A stretch of 64,000 nt of DNA. Source: Deltaproteobacteria bacterium (GTDB lineage: Bacteria; Myxococcota_A; Polyangia; Fen-1088). This document shows, in pieces, positions 19,755 to 28,777 of this stretch; the stretch's first letter is position 1, and the number at the start of each line of letters is the position of its first letter. The stretch spans positions 321,646-385,645 of the forward strand of contig JANRKS010000005.1 of NCBI GenBank assembly GCA_033763315.1. Direction: 5' to 3'. The position numbers and the translations under genes are program-made. Below the pieces are notes generated by a model. That model searched no databases, was not told the DNA's origin, and saw only the letters and a program-made list of their open reading frames with translations.

Positions 19755-20231
19755 TCACGGAAGCGGCATCCACATACGCTCAACGCGGGTACCAAACCCC
19801 AGCTTCATAAACGCGCGTTTGGCGTCGGAGTTGAACGAATACACATCAAGATGAAGTTCTGTAATGCCTTCGGCCTCGGCCGCGCCTCGCATCGCTGTAA
19901 CCAGCGCACGAGCAATGCCTTCGCGCCGTCGTTCGCTCTTCACGAAGATTTGATCGATGTAGAGCCAGTGATAAGCAAAGGCCATTTCTCTTTGCTCACC
20001 CTCCTTAACGGTGCCAACCACATAGCCCACCGTCTCGTCGTCGCTTTTTGCCACGAAAGCACGTGTATCGGGGGCCGAGAGCTGGACAGACATGATCTTG
20101 CCCAGCTGTTCAGGCGACACGGAACGAAAATACCATCCCACGTGTGCCACGTGCATCTCGTGAACAAACGTTTGCAGCCGACCAATGGCCTCGGCGTCTT
20201 TGATCGTGGCGACCGCAATGTGCATGCGCAC
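19755..20231 (-). CDS. GNAT N-acetyltransferase
   Basis: YIDQIFV...RREGIARAL, LDVYSFN..A..F.KLGF. Confidence 0.85.
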   Translation of the reverse strand: MRMHIAVATIKDAEAIGRLQTFVHEMHVAHVGWYFRSVSPEQLGKIMSVQLSAPDTRAFVAKSDDETVGYVVGTVKEGEQREMAFAYHWLYIDQIFVKSERRREGIARALVTAMRGAAEAEGITELHLDVYSFNSDAKRAFMKLGFGTRVERMWMPLP

Positions 20232-20511
20232 CTACTGTACACGTCGTAGTGCGCCGCGGGCAAATGGGTGACCTTTGGGGTTTTTCGTATTTGCGGATCA
20301 GGTGACACAGCTGGGTGAAGAATTTGCAGTCGTCCAAATAAGCGCAAGCAGACGCCTGCGAGCAAGAAGGGTAGGGCCAGAAACTTTCCCGGCCACACTC
20401 CCATTATGAACCCCCACGCGGTCACGGCGACCTTACCCACGACGAGCACCGCCAACGCCAAACTATAAGCACCGTTAGCTCAGCTTTGAATGATGGCCCA
20501 GCATTTGCGGC

Positions 20512-20567
20512 AAGAGAACCTGCCCTTGCGATTCGCTGTGAGCAATACAACGGGCATAGGTTCTCTT
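20512..20567. terminator. Long imperfect hairpin at the 3' end of the toxin gene
   Basis: AAGAGAACCT(GCCC)...(GGGCAT)AGGTTCTCTT with a 10-bp perfect outer stem; function unproven. Confidence 0.4.
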
Positions 20568-21225
20568 AACGACCCATGGACTGATCTCGTCGCCAAAGCG
20601 AGACACCCTTTTCGAGTTCTTTCTTCACGATTGACCATGATCGCTCATACCCCTCGGGAGACGGATCGCGTTCTGCATCCATGAAATATGTAAGCGCCAA
20701 GGCGACCTGGCTCGGCGCTAGAGGCAAGTTCTTTGCGGCGTGGTCAATGAATCGGCCAAGTGACCACCCCGGTGACTTGGATATCTCAAGGACATCTATC
20801 AGGTCTCGCTTCGTTCCTCTGTCATGAACGGCAGCAGCCTTCATCACAGCGAGCATTTCAAGCTTTGCAACCGGAATCGCAACGGCCCCTATCTTGATCG
20901 GCGCCACCTTCGGGGGCACCTGCCGATAGGCGATGAAGCTGGTTTCGAAATTGCCGTAGTAGGCCCGCACCGTATGGGCGCTGTTTTGGGCAATACTTGT
21001 TGGCTTCTCACCCAGGGCACTTAGCTCCTTCTTCAACGCTTCTGCGTCAAATGCCTGCGCGGTGAACCAATCCAAATCGCGGGAAATGCGGTGCTTGAGC
21101 AGCAGCCCCATGGCCGTGCCGCCCGCAAGAAAGAAACCCTTCTTCTTCACAAGGTCCGCTTGCAAGCCAATGATGCGGATCTTCTCCGCATCGAGGATCT
21201 TCTTCTTCGTCGTCAACCCGCCCAC
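20566..21225 (-). CDS. Nucleotidyltransferase, AbiEii/AbiGii toxin family (type IV TA toxin)
   Basis: FLAGGTA..L...HRISRDLDWF, MKAAA..DRG.KRD..D, ALTYF.DAE. Confidence 0.88.
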   Translation of the reverse strand: MGGLTTKKKILDAEKIRIIGLQADLVKKKGFFLAGGTAMGLLLKHRISRDLDWFTAQAFDAEALKKELSALGEKPTSIAQNSAHTVRAYYGNFETSFIAYRQVPPKVAPIKIGAVAIPVAKLEMLAVMKAAAVHDRGTKRDLIDVLEISKSPGWSLGRFIDHAAKNLPLAPSQVALALTYFMDAERDPSPEGYERSWSIVKKELEKGVSLWRRDQSMGR

Positions 21226-21689
21226 TCAAATCCAAGAAACGCGCGCTCTGGCACGTCTTGCGTTGTAAGTAAGTAGCGCTTCCGCAAAAGCTTTCTCTCG
21301 GGCTCGTTAAATCCCGCCCCTGCGTATTGTCGCAGCAATTCACGCACGCCCGTTTCTGAAAGCATTCCCTTAAGCCACCTCCGAGCCGGCCGCGAACCCC
21401 TACGAACTATCTCTCGCACAATTGCGTAACGATGGTCCTGCTGCATCCAATCAAGCTTCGCCACGTCGTAGGTCTTCAAAAGCTGCGCCACCGGCAGCGG
21501 CAACGGCACGTTCGCCGGGGGCTTAGCTTTGGATCTAACCGTGCTCCAGCGCTTCTGAGCAGCCAGCTGCGCAATTTCTCTACGCCGTTGAGGCGACAAC
21601 GACAAGGCGCGCGCACGCCCGCCCAATGGGCCTCCCTTAAGGCCCCCAAGCCGGCCCAATGCCACTGCATGAGGATTCTTCGTCGTCAC
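21213..21689 (-). CDS. Putative antitoxin: N-terminal KGG-like basic motif fused to a DUF6922-like domain
   Basis: ALGRLGGLKGG..GGRARA..LSPQRRREIAQ.AA.KRW followed by YD...LD......AIVREIVRRG......WL; overlaps the toxin start. Confidence 0.65.
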   Translation of the reverse strand: MTTKNPHAVALGRLGGLKGGPLGGRARALSLSPQRRREIAQLAAQKRWSTVRSKAKPPANVPLPLPVAQLLKTYDVAKLDWMQQDHRYAIVREIVRRGSRPARRWLKGMLSETGVRELLRQYAGAGFNEPERKLLRKRYLLTTQDVPERAFLGFEWAG

Positions 21690-21695
21690 TCATTG

Positions 21696-21724
21696 ATGGT
21701 ACCACCATACTTAGTCCGGTTCAA
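21696..21724 (-). promoter_or_regulatory. Sigma70 promoter of the TA operon (probably leaderless)
   Basis: Minus strand TTGAAC-17 nt-TACCAT with extended TG; GTG start 7 nt after the -10; overlapped by the imperfect palindrome ACCATA...TATGGT (21704-21733). Confidence 0.65.
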
Positions 21725-21880
21725 GCATATGGTAGGTCCTGTAGAACATGGAGTTGCGGAGGGACTTCGGTGAAAGGACCTCAAAATAGACGCCTTCGCT
21801 GGGCGAGAGAACCGGCAGGGTGGAGGGACGGCCCCATCACGATTGCATTGATTTCGGCGCCGCGGCGTGGATAGTAGGCG

Positions 21881-22315
21881 TTGCGGTCACATTGCATGCA
21901 AAGCCAGCTCCTTCTTTTTAGTGTTCCCGCGATCACCGCCGTGGCCGGCATTGTCACAATTGCAGTCGTGAACGGAGGAGGGCGAGGCTTCTTCGATATC
22001 GGGCGGCCGGTGATAGTGATGGTGTTCTTTGTCTGGGCCTTGATCACCATCGCGTGGCTAACTGTGATCGGTTTGCTGCACAGGGGATCGATAGGCGCGG
22101 GGCGACTGGCATACCTTCTCGGCGCCTGGTTGTTGGTATTTGCGTTGCCTCTGATTGATCGGGTGGTCAGCGCGCAGCAGATCGATGGTGATTCTCAATC
22201 GATTCTGCACTGGGTTGAAGCCATGATCGTCGTTCACGGCCTCCTTGCAACCTGGCACTTGGTTCTTCGTCGGCGCCGAAACGAGATGACCTCCTTGAGA
22301 GGACGCGAGTACTAA
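21881..22315 (+). CDS. Hypothetical 4-TM membrane protein
   Basis: Four hydrophobic segments and a basic C-terminal tail; start may be ATG 21896. Confidence 0.55.
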   Translation: MRSHCMQSQLLLFSVPAITAVAGIVTIAVVNGGGRGFFDIGRPVIVMVFFVWALITIAWLTVIGLLHRGSIGAGRLAYLLGAWLLVFALPLIDRVVSAQQIDGDSQSILHWVEAMIVVHGLLATWHLVLRRRRNEMTSLRGREY

Positions 22316-22335
22316 CCCATACTTGTGTTGAAGCT

Positions 22336-22677
22336 ATGGCGGTACCAGACTTGGAAAGGCAACGGGTCACGCGCGCTTTGACAAGGGTATGTGACAAGGT
22401 TCCCTTGCATGTGCGATCCCAGTTGAGCCATCATTTTCGCTTCGTGGGCTCTGCAGTCGAATTGTTCGAACGCCGGACAGGGTACTCCGACGAAAAGGGG
22501 CCCATCGAACATATCGTGGCAAAGTTCCGCTACAACGCCCGCAAGGGCAGCTGGACCTTGTACTGGTCAGATCGCAACTTGAAGTGGCATGAGTATGAGG
22601 GCTTCAAGGACCGTCGAAATGTTCTGGAACTCATCGCTGAAGTGGAACGAGACCCTACGCACATCTTCTTCGGCTGA
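22336..22677 (+). CDS. DUF3024 family protein
   Basis: VELFERR, VAKFRY....WTLYW.DRNLKWHEY, EVERDPTHIFFG. Confidence 0.88.
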   Translation: MAVPDLERQRVTRALTRVCDKVPLHVRSQLSHHFRFVGSAVELFERRTGYSDEKGPIEHIVAKFRYNARKGSWTLYWSDRNLKWHEYEGFKDRRNVLELIAEVERDPTHIFFG

Positions 22678-22959
22678 GGGGCACGAACCCGCACTGTGTG
22701 TGTTTTGATCGCGGAGCGTACCGTTGGGCCGCAGGCTCGAGGGACGGCCTGCCGCGCACGCCAACTCAGCACCTCAAAGCACAAGCTAGGCTTGGCTTGC
22801 GTAGCTTGTGCGCCGTCTGGCCTTTCAGCCGTGGCCCAGGATCATGTTTGTGGACACGCGTGGCGTGCGTGCAGGTTAAAGCCCATTGCTGGTGAGGCGG
22901 CGCTAGGACGACGCAACGAAAAAGGCGTTCATGGCGCGAGCCACTTCGGCCCCGACGAA

Positions 22960-23457
22960 TCATTGATCTTCCTTGGCCGCGTCCATGCTTGCATCATCGT
23001 CGCGAAGTGAGTCAGGACTTGAATCAGACCGAACGTCAGGTCTCAACAAGCACGACACGGGCTCCGACCTGACCCGATCGATCATGTCGCATCCTCGGCT
23101 ATCCTTCACGATCACGCGGTTGTTGTACGTCTGGTCGGCATATCTGGGGCAGGAGCCATCCGGCTGACGTGCCCCACCGATCCGACCACCGTCGCACTGG
23201 TAATAGTCGATGGGGCAGCATGGCGATGGGGCGTCGGCCGCATCGGGCGCTTGGCTGCCTCCCGCGTCGCACGCTGGACTCAAGCTTAAGGGCGCTCCCA
23301 AGGCGACAAGCGCCGCAATGCGGCACCAACGCGACGTGATCAGGGCTCGAATGTCGCGATAGCGCCGTGAACCTGTGCTGAACGCACGCTGAAATGGCAT
23401 TTCATCGGTTTCAGCAAAGATCGGACCACGGCGCGTAAAGCTGGGTTTCAAGCCCAC
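22960..23457 (-). CDS. Hypothetical Cys-rich lipoprotein
   Basis: Hydrophobic stretch ending SPAC, then CCPID..C.GG..GG..DG.C; the real start is probably downstream of 23457. Confidence 0.45.
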   Translation of the reverse strand: MGLKPSFTRRGPIFAETDEMPFQRAFSTGSRRYRDIRALITSRWCRIAALVALGAPLSLSPACDAGGSQAPDAADAPSPCCPIDYYQCDGGRIGGARQPDGSCPRYADQTYNNRVIVKDSRGCDMIDRVRSEPVSCLLRPDVRSDSSPDSLRDDDASMDAAKEDQ

Positions 23458-23492
23458 ATCGCCTTTGGCTTACCGTTGTTCTTGATTGGCGC

Positions 23493-24434
23493 CTACGCTT
23501 GCGTTGGCAGCAGGGCTTCTAGCTTATCGAATGAGCCCGTCCAGCCTTGTGTCATGCCGGGCTTGCCTTGATGGAACGTCTCGCGTTCAACGGCTGTGGC
23601 TTCGCCGTGCACTTGCCATTGCACCGTGACCCGCGTGCGATTTGGTTCTTCTTCCGTTAACGTCACGGTGGTCAGCATCTCTGCGGGCCACGTCGGCGCC
23701 AAGGGATGGCGTGCCGGTTGTTCGTCTTTGTCGCAGAAGGACTGCGTGTAGACGATAAGGTTCGGCTTCTGAATTTTCTGGTAGTTGCCTCTGCCGTACA
23801 TGGTAAGACCATTGCCGCTCATGCAAAAGAAGGAGCTGCCGCCTGGCCTGATGTCAGCGCGCAGATACTCCATCGTCATGCCTACGGGCGGCAGCCACTG
23901 CGCGAAATGCGCAGGATTCGTCCACAGATCGAACATCGTGTTGATGTCTGCATCGAAGGTGCGATTGATCACGAACTTATCCGTGGGGGATAGATACTCG
24001 GCCAACCGATCCCAGGTGCTATCGCCACCAACCTGCTTGATAAACTTCTTTGTTTCCTTGGCGGCCTGCTCAGTTGCCAAAGCCATGGTCATCTCCATCA
24101 GCGTTTTGTTGCCAACCTCCTTGAAGTTGACCGTGACACGAAAGAGCGGCGGCCGATCTTCGTAACCGCCATGGTCGTACACAAGCCGCGCATACTCTTG
24201 CACTTCTAGAAACTTGGTGTGGTTCGGATAATCGGTGCCATCAGGGCCGTGCATGACGTATTTCCACGAGCCGCCCGTTCGAACGTCCTTGTACTCGTTG
24301 GTGATTGTGAACCCACGCGGGCCCCACCACTGCGCCACCTGCGCGGGATCTGTCCACGCTTCCCACACCATCTTCACGGGCGCGTCGAAAAGGCGCTCGA
24401 TGTAAAGTTCGTTCGGCTTACTTTTGGTTGCCAT
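23493..24434 (-). CDS. Tandem SRPBCC/AHSA1 domain protein
   Basis: Two START-like repeats (R.FDAP..VWEAWTDP..WWGP; RTFDA....F..WT.P..WLPP; GW..SFDKL). Confidence 0.9.
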   Translation of the reverse strand: MATKSKPNELYIERLFDAPVKMVWEAWTDPAQVAQWWGPRGFTITNEYKDVRTGGSWKYVMHGPDGTDYPNHTKFLEVQEYARLVYDHGGYEDRPPLFRVTVNFKEVGNKTLMEMTMALATEQAAKETKKFIKQVGGDSTWDRLAEYLSPTDKFVINRTFDADINTMFDLWTNPAHFAQWLPPVGMTMEYLRADIRPGGSSFFCMSGNGLTMYGRGNYQKIQKPNLIVYTQSFCDKDEQPARHPLAPTWPAEMLTTVTLTEEEPNRTRVTVQWQVHGEATAVERETFHQGKPGMTQGWTGSFDKLEALLPTQA

Positions 24435-24828
24435 CTTGGCTTCCCTTCTTCTTGTTCGTTTTGTTGGTGCGCTTTGGGGCTGCGCTCGTTTTGGCTTCAG
24501 CGTTTTTGAGCCGCATCTGCTGCTTTAAATACGCGTCGAGTTGATCGAAGCGTTGCTCCCAGATCGTTTTGTATTCGTCCACCCAGTCTGCGATCTCACG
24601 CAACGCCGCCGGTTCGATGCGGCAAGGGCGAAACTGGGCGTCGCGGCTGCGCGAAATCAGCCGGGCGTTCTCGAGCACCTTTAGGTGTTTGGTGATGGCC
24701 GGGGCTGAGATCGCAAACGGCTTCGCCAGATCCTTCACGGTGGCTTCTCCTTGCGCCAATTGCGCCAGGATGGCTCGACGTGTGGGATCAGCCAGCGCGA
24801 AGAACGTCAGCGTCAGCGTGTCTTCCAT
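24418..24828 (-). CDS. ArsR/SmtB-family regulator
   Basis: FFALADPTRRAIL, PAITKHLKVLE, W..RFDQLD; usual partner of SRPBCC genes. Confidence 0.93.
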   Translation of the reverse strand: MEDTLTLTFFALADPTRRAILAQLAQGEATVKDLAKPFAISAPAITKHLKVLENARLISRSRDAQFRPCRIEPAALREIADWVDEYKTIWEQRFDQLDAYLKQQMRLKNAEAKTSAAPKRTNKTNKKKGSQDGNQK

Positions 24829-24848
24829 GGCGACGAACTATGCCAGTT

Positions 24849-24873
24849 GGTTAATTAACCCGCAAGTTAATTA
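24849..24873. promoter_or_regulatory. Putative ArsR operator
   Basis: Palindrome GGTTAATTAACC and inverted repeat TAATTAAC-N6-GTTAATTA just upstream of arsR. Confidence 0.65.
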
Positions 24874-25007
24874 TAAGTTTAACGCCGGGATCGCTGCAGC
24901 GGTGCACCCTTGCGCCTTATCAGGGGTGCCCATATCATAACAATCTATAACAAGAAGCCGGGCCACCTTTGACGGGTGAGCCGCTGGCCAGCGGGAAGAA
25001 GGACTCC

Positions 25008-25817
25008 ATGCAGTTTCGGAGCGTTCGCAGCCATATTTTTCGTGCAGGCGTATGGGCCACCAGCACGGGCCTGTTGCTCGGTTTGACGTTGGCTTGTTCC
25101 AACGAAGCCGCAGAAAGCCAAGCGCAGTCGAATACCGCTGGCGAAGGTGGAGAGGGCGCAGAAGGCGGCAGTGGGGGCGGTGACGATCGCGTCCCGATGG
25201 GAGGCTCTACCGAGCCCTCACCGGTCATGGTTGACGCCTCCATTGCGGACTCGGCGGCCGACGCGGGTGGAGAGGATGCGAAAGAGGCAGGAAACCTTGT
25301 CCCTGCAATCATGGGCGCCGGTTACGGAGGCATCCGCACAATTTCTTTCGACGACGGTCTCACGTGGAAAACCCTGGCGATCGCCAACCGGCGCAACGCA
25401 GATGACGAGAACTTGATCCGTGGGGTCGGCTATGTGGGCGGCGTTTGGATCGCTGTGGGCTGGAAGGTGTTTCGTTCAGTTGATGGTCGCCAATGGACCG
25501 AAGCGGATCTGCCCGGCGGTTGGTACGACTGCGTAAGTGAAAGCAACGGAAAGATCATCGTGAAGACAATCCGATCCGATTATGGCGGTCAAAACGGCGA
25601 CACGTTGTCGTCAAGCGATCAGGGAAGAACGTGGCAAGAGGTTAGAGCTAACAAACCCGTTTGCAACTACACTCCCAAACCCTTTCCCGCGGGCAACGCG
25701 CTCGTGCGTGGCCGCGGCGGCATCGAGCGCTCCACTGATCAAGGCAAAACGTGGAAGAAAGTGTTTGAAGACTGCTGCTGGGTGGAAACGTTCGCTGCGG
25801 GCCGCGCCGCCCGTTAG
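25008..25817 (+). CDS. Lipoprotein with BNR/Asp-box repeats
   Basis: Lipobox TLAC; SFDDGLTW, SVDGRQW, SSDQGRTW, STDQGKTW. Confidence 0.7.
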   Translation: MQFRSVRSHIFRAGVWATSTGLLLGLTLACSNEAAESQAQSNTAGEGGEGAEGGSGGGDDRVPMGGSTEPSPVMVDASIADSAADAGGEDAKEAGNLVPAIMGAGYGGIRTISFDDGLTWKTLAIANRRNADDENLIRGVGYVGGVWIAVGWKVFRSVDGRQWTEADLPGGWYDCVSESNGKIIVKTIRSDYGGQNGDTLSSSDQGRTWQEVRANKPVCNYTPKPFPAGNALVRGRGGIERSTDQGKTWKKVFEDCCWVETFAAGRAAR

Positions 25818-25836
25818 GTGCAACCTTACGGGCGTC

Positions 25837-25926
25837 GTTAGTCGACGTAGAATGTGAAGCTGTCGATCACTTGGCCGCTTACGTTCTTGAAGTAGCCGGT
25901 GCCTTTTTTGGGATTGCCATCCACAT
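25837..25926. repeat. Direct repeat copy 1 (90 bp): orphan duplicate of the 3' end of the metallophosphoesterase gene
   Basis: Identical to 34465-34554 except A25919 vs G34547. Confidence 0.95.
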
Positions 25927-26076
25927 CCCGAATCTTTGTGTAGCCCCAACCCAAGTTTTCGTTGGCGAACCGAAGAACAAGGTCAGGCCGCCGAAGTCTG
26001 AATCCTTTTTTTGCGACGAGGTGGGTGAGACAGCGTCAACGGTCGCAACAACATCGATTCACCGAAGGATGATGTC

Positions 26077-27681
26077 ATGAAAACGAAGTCAGTTATGTTG
26101 AGCTCTTTTGCCGCTCTCCTTGGCGCTTGCTCTGGCGTGCCAACATTCGACGAGGAACCACTAGGAGCGGACGTGCAGCTGCGACAAGAGCCGCTCGATG
26201 GCTTACCCGCCAAGGCAGGCGGCCCGCCCGGCGATGACGTTGCTATGACCAGGCAATTTATCCTGGATAGCCTCTCGAAATACGTCCCGGCTGACATCAA
26301 GGCTTTGGGAAAGGCCGCCAACGATTTGGGCACCGTGTACAGCAAAGCAAAGACCACCGTCGAGGTGGCCAGAGCACTGGGGGAAGCTGTAGGACTATTG
26401 CAGAAGCGGCAATCAGCCGAGGAGGGCATTGCCGAGATCCAAAAGCGCCTTGAGTTCGTGATTCAACAGGTCGAGTTGCTGGGCGTTCGGCTGGACGGGC
26501 GGGAATCGGCACGAGATCGTGCCAACCGTCTAGGAATGGCGCTGCGGGCGGTGGTGACTGCCCAGCAGGCCATCGCCTCGGGTCAGAACTTCAACCCCGC
26601 CTGGCCGGCCGCCGAGAACTCTGGCCTAGCGGCGACGCAAGTCATGATGCCAGTGCAGTTTGAGTCGATCTATTCTCACCAGTCGGTTGCCGGCGAATGG
26701 GACAAAATGGTTAGCAGAAGGGCTGCGTCGCCGGGGGGGATCGCTTACGACTGGCGACTGGGTGTACCAGCCATGCTTCAGATCATCGCGGCCCGCATCA
26801 GCGTCATTGCGGCTCTGGACGCATCGTTCAAGACCAGCGGCATTTATAGGAACGAGCTTCTCGACTACCGAGCGAATATCCTCTCTCACATACAGAGAAT
26901 GAACAGCGGTATCGAGTGTGGATGGGCGCCGGGGCCCGCAAACACAAACACGATCCGCGTAGGATGTGCGGACATTCATTCGGGTCTTGCCTCGTACCAG
27001 ACCTTTGAAAACCCCGCAAACTTCTGGCTGTGCCTCGATTTGCGCACGGGACGGTTCAACGAGGATTGCTATCGGCAGGAGCACGCCAAATGGTTGGCGT
27101 TCCACCAAAATGAAGTTGCCACGTCGAAGATATTGCTCAGAGCCGAAGTCGCGAAATCGATGCCGATCTTCGAGATGCAGTCGCTGGCCGACCAGTTGTA
27201 CTCGTACGCTTTCAACTCGCCAGAGCTCACGACGAGGAACCGGCGGATTCAGTCGAATAGCAACCCCAACCTATGCATCGATGTCCAGTGGGGTAACCCC
27301 GGCCGTGGCACACCGGTATGGCTGTGGCCCTGTGACGGCAACAACGCGCAGCAGTGGGTTTATGATCGGCGATCGGGCCTCATCCGCAACCCAGCCTACG
27401 ACAAATGTCTTGATGTCCAATGGGGTAGGATCACCCCGGGGGCCCCGATTTGGACATGGGACTGCACGGGCGATCCAGCCCAGACGTGGACTTGGGATCC
27501 CGAAACGGGGCAGCTGCAAAATGCCTTGGGCACCGTAGCGGCGTTCAATCAGCCAACACAAGCCGATTTGCTCTTCACAGAAAACAGATACACCCCAGTC
27601 GGCCCGAAGCAACAGTGGATCGAGATGTTCACAGACTCCGACTCTTCGGCACCTCCCAAGATAAGCGGACTGAAATTCTAA
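26077..27681 (+). CDS. Lipoprotein with helical N-terminal region and C-terminal ricin-B (QxW) lectin domain
   Basis: Lipobox LGAC; LCIDV..LWPC....AQQW, KCLDV..TWDC....AQTW, QQW. Confidence 0.8.
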   Translation: MKTKSVMLSSFAALLGACSGVPTFDEEPLGADVQLRQEPLDGLPAKAGGPPGDDVAMTRQFILDSLSKYVPADIKALGKAANDLGTVYSKAKTTVEVARALGEAVGLLQKRQSAEEGIAEIQKRLEFVIQQVELLGVRLDGRESARDRANRLGMALRAVVTAQQAIASGQNFNPAWPAAENSGLAATQVMMPVQFESIYSHQSVAGEWDKMVSRRAASPGGIAYDWRLGVPAMLQIIAARISVIAALDASFKTSGIYRNELLDYRANILSHIQRMNSGIECGWAPGPANTNTIRVGCADIHSGLASYQTFENPANFWLCLDLRTGRFNEDCYRQEHAKWLAFHQNEVATSKILLRAEVAKSMPIFEMQSLADQLYSYAFNSPELTTRNRRIQSNSNPNLCIDVQWGNPGRGTPVWLWPCDGNNAQQWVYDRRSGLIRNPAYDKCLDVQWGRITPGAPIWTWDCTGDPAQTWTWDPETGQLQNALGTVAAFNQPTQADLLFTENRYTPVGPKQQWIEMFTDSDSSAPPKISGLKF

Positions 27682-27804
27682 GGTGAATCTCGGAGTGTCG
27701 CCTCGATTCGAATTCCCGTTTCAGAATGACTGAGGGCATTGTGCATGTCTGGCGGGCACGGAAAGGCGGGGCGGCCTGATGCAGCTTTTCGCGAACGCTG
27801 CGAA

Positions 27805-27860
27805 TGCCGCTTGAGAGCGGCAGCAACGAAGGGGGGCGATGTCTGCACAACCCTTCGTTG
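27805..27860. terminator. Two adjacent hairpins between convergent genes
   Basis: TGCCGC-N6-GCGGCA and CAACGAAGGG-N17-CCCTTCGTTG. Confidence 0.4.
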
Positions 27861-27870
27861 TGCCTTCGCG

Positions 27871-28509
27871 CTATTCGGTCTTGAAGCCCACCTTGTTGTG
27901 AGTGCCGTCGCAATAGGGTTTGTTCGCTGACTGGCCACAGCGGCAGAGGGCGGTTTTCTCAACCCGGTTCAGGGTTCGGCCGGTGCCCGAACAGATTTCA
28001 AGATTGCCGCTCACAAGCAGTGGCCCATTCTTGAGCGGCGTGATGGTGAGCGGTCCGCCCCGCGTTGCCAAGGGTTGCGAGGGTGCGGTGGCAGGCTCCC
28101 CCGTTGCGGTGAAATTCGCAGCGCTGTGGCTGCCATCGCAAAATGGCTTGTTGTTCGAGGCACCGCATCGGCACAACGTGGCACGCAGCGCAGAACCGTG
28201 TCCGTCGATCGAGATCTCGGCGTGAATGGCGACGGGGCCATTCTCTCGCACGCGCGCAACGTTCACCAAGGGCGCTGATTCGCCCGGGGTTCCATCCAAG
28301 GGTTCAAACGTGATGGCGCCCGACGGGCAGTTGCGCGCGATTTCGGCGAGCTCTGGGACGCTGGCGTTATCGGGATGTATCCACGCGCCTTGCACGTTAG
28401 GCACGAAGACATCCGGTCGATCCAAAACGCAGTGTCTTGAGTGGATGCACTTCTTTCCTTCAAAACGAAGGATCGCTTTTTGCCCCGTCACCTCTTCGAT
28501 TTTGCTCAT
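27871..28509 (-). CDS. CDGSH iron-sulfur protein (Fer4_19-like domain plus two zf-CDGSH)
   Basis: CIHSRHC...CPSGA; LCRCGASNNKPFCDGSH; LCRCGQSANKPYCDGTH. Confidence 0.93.
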   Translation of the reverse strand: MSKIEEVTGQKAILRFEGKKCIHSRHCVLDRPDVFVPNVQGAWIHPDNASVPELAEIARNCPSGAITFEPLDGTPGESAPLVNVARVRENGPVAIHAEISIDGHGSALRATLCRCGASNNKPFCDGSHSAANFTATGEPATAPSQPLATRGGPLTITPLKNGPLLVSGNLEICSGTGRTLNRVEKTALCRCGQSANKPYCDGTHNKVGFKTE

Positions 28510-28607
28510 GGTGGAAGAATTGCTTTTCTGCTCGCGAAGAGCAAGTCCCGTATTCGCCCGCGATTTCGCGCCTTCGGGATGTCCGGCTATTGGCTGGCCT
28601 CGGCCGC

Positions 28608-28751
28608 ATGAACCAAGAGGCTTCCCTCCGGCAGATTCGTGCCAGCGAACTCAAGGCGATGCGTGACCAAGGTTTGCCGCACGAGCTCTTTGATGTGCGT
28701 ACCACCGCAGAGCGTGCGCTATTTGCAGAAGTGCCTGCGGGTGGGAGTTAA
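28608..28751 (+). pseudogene. Truncated rhodanese-domain remnant
   Basis: LRQIRASELKAMRDQGLPHELFDVRTTAERA matches a rhodanese N-terminus, then stops after 47 aa. Confidence 0.5.
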
Positions 28752-28777
28752 GCTTCCAGATTGACATCGCGCCTTGG

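Noticed and set aside
19940-20461. Hydrophobic minus-strand ORF upstream of the GNAT gene
   Set aside because: No clear start, and it overlaps the GNAT gene out of frame for about 290 bp; at most a membrane-protein fragment
17952-23457. Run of small accessory genes as an integron cassette array
   Set aside because: Mixed orientations and no integrase; the hairpins (for example 20512-20567) lack RYYYAAC/GTTRRRY ends and do not recur after each gene
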